This document shows positions 1 through 9,510 of a DNA stretch of 64,000 nt, piece by piece. How positions within the stretch are numbered: the stretch's first letter is position 1; every line of letters starts with the position of its first letter. The position numbers were made by a program, and so were the translations under genes. This stretch comes from an uncultured cyanobacterium. GTDB taxonomy: Bacteria > Cyanobacteriota > Cyanobacteriia > Cyanobacteriales > CAWCAG01. Under the pieces are notes generated by a model. That model was not told where the DNA came from. It was given only the letters and a program-made list of their open reading frames with translations, and did no database searches. Location: contig CAWDOD010000002.1 in the NCBI GenBank assembly GCA_963803805.1, forward strand, positions 64,001 through 128,000. The letters run 5' to 3'.

Positions 1-197
1 GTCCACAGTACATAACCAATGACAACACTATCAAAGCGATCACCTAATTGAAAGTTTGGCCCGGCTACATATTTAGCTCCTAAAAAAAGCCCGTAAAATA
101 GGCAGGTGGTAATGAAAATTCCCCCTATCGCTTCAAAAGGGTAACGGACAATTTGAATCCAACTGCGACGTAATTCAGCCAAGAATAGTTCAATCAT
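1..197 (-). CDS. ABC-2 type transporter permease, N-terminal part (runs off window)
   Basis: Hand translation from ATG at 197: MIELFLAELRRSWIQIVRYPFEAIGGIFITTCLFYGLFLGAK...; hydrophobic, overlaps the stop of the upstream ABC ATPase. Confidence 0.8.
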   Translation of the reverse strand, partial: MIELFLAELRRSWIQIVRYPFEAIGGIFITTCLFYGLFLGAKYVAGPNFQLGDRFDSVVIGYVLW

Positions 198-1122
198 GTT
201 TCGGATTTTGTTGAATTAATTTTAAGAACACTTGAGTTAAGTCGCTGCTATCTTTTTTAACTTGCACAATGGGTAAAGGTTTTAAAGCCGCTAACATTTT
301 ATATAGCTCTTCTGTGCCATGAATATGTAAGCGATTTTCTCCTTCTTGCCATCCTCCTAATGTTGCTAAGATTTGTTGTTGGTATTGGTCTAAATTAGAT
401 TCAGTTTCCACAATATAAGCAGTGCCAGAAAAGCTACGAATTAATTCGTGAGTGGATTCTTCGGCGATAATTTCACCTGTTTTGATAATAGCCACGCGAT
501 CGCTTAATTCTTCGGCAATATCTAGCTGATGGGTGGTAAGTAAAATAGCACATCCTTCTTGGGCAATTTCTTTAACTAAAACCTTTACTGTTTGGGTTGC
601 TTCTACATCTAGTCCTAAAGTAGGTTCGTCTAATAAAAGTAATTTAGGTTGGTGAATTAAAGCAGTGGCGATCGCTAATTTTTGCTGCATTCCCCTAGAA
701 AGCATTTGTACTGTAGTACGGCGTTTTTCAGTTAGTTCAAATCTTGCTAATAATTCTCTACCTTGACGACGGGCTTGACGGCGAGTTAACCCTTTTAAAA
801 CACCAAAATATTCGAGGTTTTCTTCTGGGGTTAAACGCCAATAAAGGTTACGGTTTCCTTCTAATACTGCCCCAAGATAACGTAAAGCTTGGGGATTTTT
901 ATGAGGATTTAAACCAGCAATGCTCACCCAGCCCTCATTTGGTTCTACTAACCCCGCAATAGTTTTAATAGTAGTTGTTTTTCCTGCACCGTTGGGTCCT
1001 AAGAATGCTAATACTTCTCCTTTATCTAAGGTTAAATTAACTTGGCGTACCGCTTCAAAATACTTGCCTCCTACTCGATAGCCCTTACTAAGGTTATGGA
1101 CTTCTAATAGACTATTTGGCAT
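190..1122 (-). CDS. ABC transporter ATP-binding protein (ABC-2 export type)
   Basis: Walker A GPNGAGKTT, signature LSRGMQQK, Walker B LLLLDEPT, H-loop TTH. Confidence 0.93.
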   Translation of the reverse strand: MPNSLLEVHNLSKGYRVGGKYFEAVRQVNLTLDKGEVLAFLGPNGAGKTTTIKTIAGLVEPNEGWVSIAGLNPHKNPQALRYLGAVLEGNRNLYWRLTPEENLEYFGVLKGLTRRQARRQGRELLARFELTEKRRTTVQMLSRGMQQKLAIATALIHQPKLLLLDEPTLGLDVEATQTVKVLVKEIAQEGCAILLTTHQLDIAEELSDRVAIIKTGEIIAEESTHELIRSFSGTAYIVETESNLDQYQQQILATLGGWQEGENRLHIHGTEELYKMLAALKPLPIVQVKKDSSDLTQVFLKLIQQNPKHD

Positions 1123-1246
1123 TCAGATTACCTACTTTTATGATGAGATATATAGCAATTTCATTTGAGATATGAACACAGAAGTGATAGGTAATAGTTA
1201 GAAAACCTTGTTTGCTGCTATTAGCCGTTAGCCATTAACTATTAAT

Positions 1247-1825
1247 TTAGAAAACATCTTCATAAATCTCTGCCATAGTCAAAGTTAAACCAACTGAATC
1301 CAGTTGTAACTTATCATCTTTACCCAAAGTTTCTATAGCCCAATCATCCTGTTTATTCCGGCGATGAACTTCTACCTTAATCTCGTCTTGAGAAACTAAA
1401 ACATATTCTTGTAAACTTTCTAAGTTTTGATAATTAAGATGTTTTTCTCTTTTGTCTATATTTTCAGTAGAATTAGATAGAACTTCTACCATCAAGTTAG
1501 GACTAGTTTTAAAGTATTTTTCCTTATCCTCTGGGTGGCAGGCAACTAAAAGATCAGGATAATAAAAGATATCAGCTTTTTGTACCTTAATTTTAACTTT
1601 CATATCTGAAACAAAAGCACGACAGGAACTTCCCCGTAAATGAGAACGCAAGGCAGCATAAATATTACCAGCTATTAGGTTGTGTTCTTTGCTAGCACCT
1701 GCCATAGCAAAGATTTGTCCATCAACATATTCATGGCGAACTTTTCTATCTTTCTCAGTTTTCAGGTACTCTTCGATAGTCAGAAAGTGAAGAGGAGATT
1801 GCATAATGTGAATTGGTATAATCAA
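1247..1825 (-). CDS. Uma2 family endonuclease-like protein (start may be ATG 1804)
   Basis: RHEYVDGQIFAMAGAS, YYPD, EVLS.ST, EYVLVSQ motifs. Confidence 0.9.
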   Translation of the reverse strand: MIIPIHIMQSPLHFLTIEEYLKTEKDRKVRHEYVDGQIFAMAGASKEHNLIAGNIYAALRSHLRGSSCRAFVSDMKVKIKVQKADIFYYPDLLVACHPEDKEKYFKTSPNLMVEVLSNSTENIDKREKHLNYQNLESLQEYVLVSQDEIKVEVHRRNKQDDWAIETLGKDDKLQLDSVGLTLTMAEIYEDVF

Positions 1826-1868
1826 CCAAACTTATTCTTGCTTCTATTTTCCTACAATTCACCTTCAA

Positions 1869-2783
1869 ATGCTGCCTGTTATACATCATCCTAACTACGT
1901 TGCCACTTTGCCACAAGGACATCGCTTTCCAATGCCCAAATTTGGAGGATTGTACGAATATTTACTCAAGAAAAAAATTGTCCAAGCATCGCAAGTAGAG
2001 ACTCCTGAACCTGCTTGCCAAGAGTGGCTTAAATTGGTACATACATCTGATTATGTTGAAGCTTATTGTACAGGAACATTAGAACCCAAAGCCCAGAGGC
2101 GCATCGGGCTACCTTGGAGTTATGAATTAGCAAATCGCACCTGTACAGCAGTTGGGGGGACAATATTAACCGCACAGCTAGCTTTAAAAAGAGGTTTAGC
2201 TTGTAATACTGTGGGGGGAACTCATCATGCTTTTCCTAATTATGGTTCAGGGTTTTGTATTTTTAATGATTTAGCGATCGCCGTGCGAGTTTTACAGAAA
2301 TTGGGATTAGTAAATAAAGTTTTAATTGTCGATTTAGATGTGCATCAAGGAGACGGTACAGCTTATATTTTCCGAAACGATCCTAGAGTCTTTACTTTTT
2401 CTATGCACTGCGAAGCTAACTTTCCTAATCATAAACAAAGTAGTGATTTAGATGTTCCCCTACCCGTTGGTTTAGATGACGAAAGTTACTTAGAGATTTT
2501 GGCGAAACATCTGCCTAATTTATTAGCAAAAGTACAGCCAGATTTAATTCTTTATGATGCGGGAGTAGATGTTCATATTGAAGATAGGTTAGGGAAATTA
2601 GCCCTTACAGATATGGGTATTTATCGACGAGAAATGCAGGTTTTAACTACTTGTATAAGTGCAGGATATCCTGTTGCTTGTGTAATTGGTGGTGGCTACT
2701 CCCAAAATATGGCAGGATTGATTTATCGCCATTCTTTGTTACATAAAGCAGCCACAGAAGTATTTCAGCAATATAAACTTTAG
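1869..2783 (+). CDS. Histone deacetylase family protein
   Basis: HRFPMPKF, GGTHHA, GFCIFND, DLDVHQGDG, AGVD, GGGY motifs. Confidence 0.93.
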   Translation: MLPVIHHPNYVATLPQGHRFPMPKFGGLYEYLLKKKIVQASQVETPEPACQEWLKLVHTSDYVEAYCTGTLEPKAQRRIGLPWSYELANRTCTAVGGTILTAQLALKRGLACNTVGGTHHAFPNYGSGFCIFNDLAIAVRVLQKLGLVNKVLIVDLDVHQGDGTAYIFRNDPRVFTFSMHCEANFPNHKQSSDLDVPLPVGLDDESYLEILAKHLPNLLAKVQPDLILYDAGVDVHIEDRLGKLALTDMGIYRREMQVLTTCISAGYPVACVIGGGYSQNMAGLIYRHSLLHKAATEVFQQYKL

Positions 2784-2815
2784 TTCCTAATTATCTCTTA
2801 TCTTATCTTATCTAT

Positions 2816-3127
2816 TCATAATTCAACTGCTTCTTTTAAGACATTTTCAGCAATTAGAGAACTTATTCCCTTAGTAGTAGTAATATCTACCTCACTTTCT
2901 AAAAAAAACTCTAAATCATTAATCAGTCCTCCTGGAAACCACGCACTTCGCCGGCTTCTATCATAATCAATTAAAAAGTCAATATCGCTTTCTTTAGTAG
3001 CTTCTCCTCTTGCTAAAGAACCAAACACCCGCACATTATATACTCCATGTTTAGCAAAAATAGTCAGCAGTTGCTCTCTGCGCTCACGTAAGTCTTCAAT
3101 AGTCCTGATTGCTGTTGATAAGGTCAT
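2816..3127 (-). CDS. Minimal nucleotidyltransferase (MNT/MntA-like)
   Basis: VFGSLARGE...SDIDFL motif in a 103-aa protein. Confidence 0.88.
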   Translation of the reverse strand: MTLSTAIRTIEDLRERREQLLTIFAKHGVYNVRVFGSLARGEATKESDIDFLIDYDRSRRSAWFPGGLINDLEFFLESEVDITTTKGISSLIAENVLKEAVEL

Positions 3128-3295
3128 AAATAAATGTATTCTTAAAGCTAAGAGCTAAAAGCTAACCTCACAGATCAACTGTTTCTGCAAAACTGAGATG
3201 CTCCCTACCCTTTTGTCTTTGCTTTTCTCGTTATTCTTTATCTAGCAAGGCTTTCAATAATCATGCTTTCTTCTAACATATAAGTCCTGTATCAA

Positions 3296-3326
3296 TAAAA
3301 AAAGCCCTGCATACACAGGACTTTTG
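3296..3326 (-). terminator. Probable intrinsic terminator of the porin gene
   Basis: Imperfect IR aaaagccctg/caggactttt; A-run on + gives a U-tract on -. Confidence 0.6.
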
Positions 3327-3359
3327 CAAGCAAAATAAAATTAGTTAAACCTAACTCTT

Positions 3360-5054
3360 TTAGAATGTAAAGGTAGTTCTAAGAGTACCGATAAAGAGAT
3401 CGGAATTAGCTTCACTTTGGTTGGGGTTTGTCACCCAAACTACACCAGGAGTAATGGAAATGTTGTCATTTACCTGGTACTTGTAGAAACCTTCCACATG
3501 GAGAGGAATATCATTACTGGTTACAGTAGCATTAAGGCTTCCGGCATAAGGTTGCGCCCCAGCAAAGATGCCTAAAAGATTTCCTTCTTTACCAAGATCA
3601 GCAAAGGCAATACCGCCACCATAACTCCAAACTTCGTTGTCTCCAGCAGCGTTGAGGATATCGATGACATCAGCGTACATACCATAACCACTGATAGAAA
3701 TTGTGTCAGCGAGTTGGAAAGCAGCTTCTACACCATAGGCGTTAACAACCGCAGGAGATGAAGAGAAAGTAGTGCCTACCAGTGAACCAGCAGGGTTATT
3801 AGCACCGAAGGAACCTGTTACACCAGAAAATATTCCACCCGAAGCATTGTAGCTGTTGACGTAGGTGACACCAATACCTAGTTTGTCGCCCAGGTTAAAA
3901 TCTAGCTGTGCCAAGCCTGCATAGTCACCATTAAACAAACCTTGACCTAAACCAGGGCTTTCTCCCTCCGCAGCTAAGTAACCCAAGGTTAGGGTGGCGG
4001 GGCCAACTCCAAAGTTAACACCTGCACCAGAGCCAAAACCGATGCGATAAATGGGGCTTTCTGAAGCGAAGGCTGTTAAAGCACCGTTACCACCGTCGTA
4101 ATCTTCAAAGTAGGGGTTGAGGGTATTGACATAATCGCTGTGAATACCATTAAAACCAGCGATGTAAACTTGAGACTGTCCGAAGGGAAAGTAATAAGCT
4201 AACCAGTCCATTTGGACATTGTTACCACCGCCACCAGGAACAAAAGTAGCAACGCTTAAAGTTCCTTCGCTACTTCCCAATGAATCACCGTCACCGTTAA
4301 CAAAACCACTATTTGCACCATAAGCAGAACCGTTTCCAGCCGCTAAACGGGTAACTAGGGTATCTTGTCCAGTGAAGCTAGTGTTGAGGGTTAAACGAAC
4401 CCTATCTTGAAAGACAGTGTTGTTATCGGCAGTGCCGCCAAACTCGTCAGCGACTTGCATAATAACTTCACCAGCTAACTTGGTAGTGGTAGAGAATTGA
4501 TGATCTTCAACAAAAGCGACACGCCCTTCTAAGTCATCAACCCTAGCTCCTAATGTAGCAAGTTCAACTTCAAACTCTTGTACTAAGCGGCGTAGAGTCG
4601 CTAAATCTCCCCCTTCTACACTGCCGATGTTTTCTTCAACCCACTCCATACAACGGCTAACTGCTGCTGCAAATTCGTAGCGGGTAATATTTCTTTGTCC
4701 TTTGAAAGTTCCGTCGGGATAGCCGACAATACAGCCGTATTTATCGACCATTTTTTGTACAGCGCTGAACCAAAATGGATCGATATCAGAAAGCTGATTA
4801 ACGCTGGTTACTTGATCAAGGGCGTTGCGATCGCCACTGTATTCATTGATTTGCTCAATCATTTCACTGGTATCAGACTGAGCAATGGAAGTTTCTTCGG
4901 ATGCCGCAAAGTTTAGTTCCGGAGATACTTCAGTATCCGTAATTTCTTGTTGGTTATATTCACTGCTGACAGGGTTTTCCGCAGCGTTAGCTGCCAATGC
5001 TACTCCAAATAGCGCCGGACTAACTAAAAGCGATTGCCATAGTAGTTTGTACAC
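3360..5054 (-). CDS. Cyanobacterial outer-membrane porin (SLH + OprB-like barrel; SomA/iron-uptake porin family)
   Basis: Signal peptide, SLH segment YGCIVGYPDGTFKG..TRYEFAA, FSTTTKLAGE, C-terminal GTLRTTFTF; RBS-like TGTGAGGA upstream of GTG. Confidence 0.93.
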   Translation of the reverse strand: MYKLLWQSLLVSPALFGVALAANAAENPVSSEYNQQEITDTEVSPELNFAASEETSIAQSDTSEMIEQINEYSGDRNALDQVTSVNQLSDIDPFWFSAVQKMVDKYGCIVGYPDGTFKGQRNITRYEFAAAVSRCMEWVEENIGSVEGGDLATLRRLVQEFEVELATLGARVDDLEGRVAFVEDHQFSTTTKLAGEVIMQVADEFGGTADNNTVFQDRVRLTLNTSFTGQDTLVTRLAAGNGSAYGANSGFVNGDGDSLGSSEGTLSVATFVPGGGGNNVQMDWLAYYFPFGQSQVYIAGFNGIHSDYVNTLNPYFEDYDGGNGALTAFASESPIYRIGFGSGAGVNFGVGPATLTLGYLAAEGESPGLGQGLFNGDYAGLAQLDFNLGDKLGIGVTYVNSYNASGGIFSGVTGSFGANNPAGSLVGTTFSSSPAVVNAYGVEAAFQLADTISISGYGMYADVIDILNAAGDNEVWSYGGGIAFADLGKEGNLLGIFAGAQPYAGSLNATVTSNDIPLHVEGFYKYQVNDNISITPGVVWVTNPNQSEANSDLFIGTLRTTFTF

Positions 5055-5452
5055 GGTTGACTTTCCTCACACTTAAACACACTTGATAGATGATAACTCA
5101 GTGTTTTTTACTTTACCCAGAATATATACATACCATGACAGTCCGTATTAGTAGGCAAAAAGAGTATTTAATGATACAAAATCTATTTTTCTGGGTGTTA
5201 ATGTTGATTCATCAGAGTCATTAAACCAAGTATTTACCTCAGTACTTGATGGTTTAAGTGATTACATCCTCACTCTCTTGTCTTGTTAAGTAAAATCAGG
5301 TCTGAATTAGCAATAATTCAAAATGCTGCTGTGGTAATCACACAAGTTTTTCCTAGAACATCCACTAGTGAAATTAACTAGTGCCGGGTTGCCAAGTATT
5401 CTGTATCTTTAAAAAGGAGGAAAAATTAACTCAATAGAGCAGCAAAAGTTTG

Positions 5453-5479
5453 AGCGGATAAGATGTAATCTTATCCGCT
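5453..5479. terminator. Hairpin just downstream of the mscS-family gene
   Basis: Perfect 12-bp IR AGCGGATAAGAT-gta-ATCTTATCCGCT. Confidence 0.6.
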
Positions 5480-5485
5480 TAGTTT

Positions 5486-6601
5486 TTACCGATTTGCTTC
5501 GCTCATCTCATCACTAGCGTTCAACCTATTAAAATTAATATCACGGATAGGAAAAGGAATGTTTATTCCTTCTTCGTCATAGCGACGGTGCAATCTTTTA
5601 ATAAATTCATGCCTCGCTGTACGTTTTTCTAAAAATTCGTTAACTCGCAAAAATACTGTGAAATCAATACTAAAATCATTAAATGTCTCATATAAAATAA
5701 ACGGCTCAAAATCAGTCTTGATTTGACAAACTTCTGCCATCACTTCTTTTGCTACTTCAATCGTCACCCTTTCTACTTTCTCTAGGTCACTTTCATAACT
5801 AACTCCCAAAGAAAAAGTTAGGGTGATATTTTTGGCAGGTAAATGGTAGTTAGTAAAAATAGCTGAAGCTAACTTAGCGTTAGGAATAATTACTAGATTA
5901 TCGGGTAACTCTTTAACTGTAGTGTTACGCCAACTAATATCAATCACATAACCTTCCTGACCAGTTTCTAGCTTAATATAATCTCCTGTCCTGACTTGTC
6001 CAGATAAGGTGATATAAAAGCCAGCAAATAAATTTGATAGAGTATCTTGTAGTGCTAAAGCTACTGCTAAACCGCCAATTCCTAGAGTAGTAATTATTGT
6101 CGTGATGTCAATACCCAAATTTTGTAAAACGACTAAGGTAGTGAAACCAAAGATGATAATTCTCACTAAATTAGAAGCTAAAGAAGTTGGTATGCTCGGA
6201 AATCTCTTTAATAGCAAGTTAAAGAGAATAATAATCACTCTGGAGGCGAATAAAGCGAAAGAGTAAGTAATAATTACTAAAAGTATTTTTTTAAGAAAAA
6301 TGGCACTACTAGGGTTCAGCTTGCTCAACAAAATTGCGCTGTAAAGACCAGCTAAAAAGAACCAAACTAAACCAATACCTCGTAAAGAAAGAAACAGTCG
6401 GTCATCGATTTTTGAATTGGTCTTCCTAGTAATTGCAACTATTTTCTTGAGAATTATTTTCTCAAAAATAATGCCGGTTAATGCACCGAAAAAGATTAGG
6501 GCAATGGGTATTGCCCACGTCATGATAGATAGATAGCTAATATTAATGCTCATTCCCCGGTAAATTCTTAAACTAACTCCCATAACCTTACCTACTTCCA
6601 T
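5486..6601 (-). CDS. mscS: MscS family mechanosensitive channel (start uncertain)
   Basis: TM helices, LGIGGLAVALALQDTLSNLFAG, IPNAKL, GINIPFP. Confidence 0.88.
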   Translation of the reverse strand: MEVGKVMGVSLRIYRGMSINISYLSIMTWAIPIALIFFGALTGIIFEKIILKKIVAITRKTNSKIDDRLFLSLRGIGLVWFFLAGLYSAILLSKLNPSSAIFLKKILLVIITYSFALFASRVIIILFNLLLKRFPSIPTSLASNLVRIIIFGFTTLVVLQNLGIDITTIITTLGIGGLAVALALQDTLSNLFAGFYITLSGQVRTGDYIKLETGQEGYVIDISWRNTTVKELPDNLVIIPNAKLASAIFTNYHLPAKNITLTFSLGVSYESDLEKVERVTIEVAKEVMAEVCQIKTDFEPFILYETFNDFSIDFTVFLRVNEFLEKRTARHEFIKRLHRRYDEEGINIPFPIRDINFNRLNASDEMSEANR

Positions 6602-6770
6602 CTAACTTCAGATGTAAAAAATTAATCTGTTCCCGACAAGCTTTCTCACTTTAGGCAAGGGACAAACCGGAGGTATCTTTAGTAGTCTAAACTTAGAGAG
6701 TGGACTAGCTGCCCTTTGAAAATTTCTTTATAGACTGCTGGCCGTCTTTGTTCATCAGGTGAAAAATATC

Positions 6771-7910
6771 GTGCTACTATCCAAAGGTTTTGAAGTTGAG
6801 ATGTATACCGGCACTCCTCAAGGAGAAATTGTCGGTCTATCAGACCGTATTGTTGCTGATTTACAAGGCTTTGTACGGGAACCAGACAGTCGTAATGTGG
6901 AATATACCACCGCACCTTTCTATTGTTATGATCGCCTACTTTGCGCCTTGGTACGTCCGCGCCAAAAACTGAGAAATTATTTAAAAAAGTTAGGTAACTA
7001 TACCTTAGTTCCTGGTAGTACTTTATCTTTAGGAAACACTAGTCACTTCTATCGTTCCGACCCCAAAAATCCTTATCATAGTTATATCGAACAAACCTAC
7101 GGTACAAAAGTTGTTACCGCCAGCATCCATATTAATGTCGGTATTGACAACCCAGAATTATTAATGAAGGCCTGTCGGTTAATTAGAGTTGAAGCACCCC
7201 TTTACCTAGCTTTAAGCGCTTCTTCTCCTTTTTTAGGAGGAAAGGCGACAGGTTATCACTCCACACGCTGGCATACTTTCCCTCAAACTCCTACCTATGT
7301 CCCTCTATTTGAAAGTCATCCTCACTTCATCAGGTGGACAGAAGAACAATTGTTAAAGGGGACAATGCAAAATGTCCGCCATCTTTGGTCATCTGTAAGA
7401 CCAAATGGCGATCGCCGTCCTTATAACCTTAATCGTTTAGAATTGAGGATTTGCGACTTAATAGTAGATCCACTTGCTTTACTAGCAGTTATGGCCCTAT
7501 TAGAAGCCCGTTTACAACAAATGTTTTCTGATCCTAGCCTCGACCCCTTAGAAAGTAGTAAGTTGTCTCCAGAAGACTTAATCACCTTAACCAATGCCAA
7601 TGAAGAAGCCGCAGCAGTTAATAGTCTCGAAGCCCAACTACGTCACTGGCAAGATGGCCGACTAATTTTGGCTCAAGAGTGGCTCGAACAAATTTATCAA
7701 CAAGTCTGGCCTATTGCCAAGAAAAATGGTTATAGCTGCTTTCTCTCTCCCCTCAAAAAGCTACTCCGGGAAGGCAATACCTCTCAGCAATGGTTAGAAC
7801 GATATAACCAAGGTGAAACTATTCCACAAATACTTACTAAAGGTAGCCAAAAGATGGCACAACAAGAGCATGAATTAGAAGATCAACTTTGTCAGCTTCT
7901 AGCGGCTTGA
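6771..7910 (+). CDS. gshA: Glutamate-cysteine ligase, cyanobacterial type
   Basis: LLSKGFEVEMYTG, EPDSRNVEY, ASIHIN, NRLELRICD; GTG 6771 chosen as start. Confidence 0.88.
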   Translation: MLLSKGFEVEMYTGTPQGEIVGLSDRIVADLQGFVREPDSRNVEYTTAPFYCYDRLLCALVRPRQKLRNYLKKLGNYTLVPGSTLSLGNTSHFYRSDPKNPYHSYIEQTYGTKVVTASIHINVGIDNPELLMKACRLIRVEAPLYLALSASSPFLGGKATGYHSTRWHTFPQTPTYVPLFESHPHFIRWTEEQLLKGTMQNVRHLWSSVRPNGDRRPYNLNRLELRICDLIVDPLALLAVMALLEARLQQMFSDPSLDPLESSKLSPEDLITLTNANEEAAAVNSLEAQLRHWQDGRLILAQEWLEQIYQQVWPIAKKNGYSCFLSPLKKLLREGNTSQQWLERYNQGETIPQILTKGSQKMAQQEHELEDQLCQLLAA

Positions 7911-8128
7911 TTTTTGCCTACATCTAGTCAAAATAAAACTTATCGCCATTTCCAATGTCATAAAATTCTAATCATTGTGGTTATTACTATAGCTATAAAA
8001 AAAAACTATATGTTTCCTTAACAAGTGGGTAGTATTTTAGGCAAAATCAATCTCAAGAGAGAATAAAGTACTATCTAAAGAGTGATGTCATAACTTAAAA
8101 AAGTAAATACGCGGGTCTTAAAAAGATA

Positions 8129-8587
8129 ATGCCAAGAGTTGTTCTTGTTAACCCCCAAATTCCTCCTAATACTGGCAATATTGCTCGCACTTGTGCTGCT
8201 ACAGGCACAGAACTCCATTTAGTTGCACCTTTGGGCTTTGAAATTAGCGATCGCTATCTCAAGCGGGCTGGTTTAGATTACTGGCCCTACGTCAAATTAC
8301 ACCAACATCAAGACTGGGAAGAATTTCTAGCATTCCAGCAAAAAGCTGGAGGGAGATTAATTGGTTTTAGTGTGCGAGGTGTACAAAGCTATATAGAATT
8401 TAGCTTCCAAGCCAATGACTGGTTATTATTTGGTAGCGAAACTAATGGTTTACCTCAACCGATCATGGCAATTTGCCAAACAATAGTTTATATACCCATG
8501 AATCAACCAAAAGTACGCAGCTTAAATCTTTCCGTTAGTGCTGCTGTGGGCTTATTTGAAGCACGCCGTCAGTTGAGTTGTAGTTAA
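8129..8587 (+). CDS. trmL: tRNA (cytidine/uridine 34-2'-O)-methyltransferase
   Basis: PQIPPNTGNIARTC, KRAGLDYW, FGSET.GLP, RSLNLS SPOUT motifs. Confidence 0.93.
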   Translation: MPRVVLVNPQIPPNTGNIARTCAATGTELHLVAPLGFEISDRYLKRAGLDYWPYVKLHQHQDWEEFLAFQQKAGGRLIGFSVRGVQSYIEFSFQANDWLLFGSETNGLPQPIMAICQTIVYIPMNQPKVRSLNLSVSAAVGLFEARRQLSCS

Positions 8588-9510
8588 CTATCTTCTTTAT
8601 ATAACTTCTTAGTATTCTTTCTCTCTATGTCCAAGCTTACCTAGTAAACAGGTTCTCTACCGTTTTTAAGACTATATTTAGTAGGGCTTCATCTATATCT
8701 ATTCATATATAGCTAATGCCCCTAACCAAAAGCAAAGTGAGAGAAGAATTAATTTCTCTATTGTCCACAAATTATCCCTTCAAGATTTATTATCCAAGAC
8801 TTTAGAAACTCTAATCATCTGACTTATCAGTTATATGGAATACCAAACACAGCTTTTTCGATAAGAAATATCTATGAAACCTAACTTATGTCAGGGAACT
8901 TAGAAGATAAATTTTTGTCATCATTAGAGAAAGGTTAAATAGATATTTAAGCAACTGACCTGCATCTTGTTTATCCCAGTCCAGGCAAAGGTTTGAACAG
9001 CTTTCTGATACATAAAAATCAGTCATTTAGTACAAGTATCTGTGGGGTATCCTGTAGCTAATTTTATTTAGGTCTTTCTCTTACTACTGAACTAGCCAAC
9101 TTGTTATCTTTTAACTAGTAGCTGCTATTATTGACCTTTGAGTTTAAGTTTTGTTCCGGAGCTATATTGTTTGAAGAGGTATGTAATCTTATCTGCCAAT
9201 TTCTAGAACTGTAGCTGTGAATACTTAAAAATCAGGAAACATCGTAAATATCAAATTAACTAAAGCGTTTAAAACTGTCATATTCAATAGGGTCTGCTAA
9301 CAAAAGTACTAGGTGAAAGAAATCAATTTACTAATCAACACTTGTCGAAATTTAAAAACCAGGGTAATCTTTCCCTTGTGCCTTACTTAATGTATATTTA
9401 CAGTCAGTGATTTTAATCACTTCTTGATGCAATCTATATCAATCGACTTAGATAAAGCATCACCCCACACCGGACAGTTAAGCGCTCGTCACACACTTAG
9501 GAGGTCGTTT

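Noticed and set aside
9424-9510. ORF-track N-terminal extension of the M23 peptidase
   Set aside because: A strong RBS supports TTG 9511; the extension is probably leader sequence
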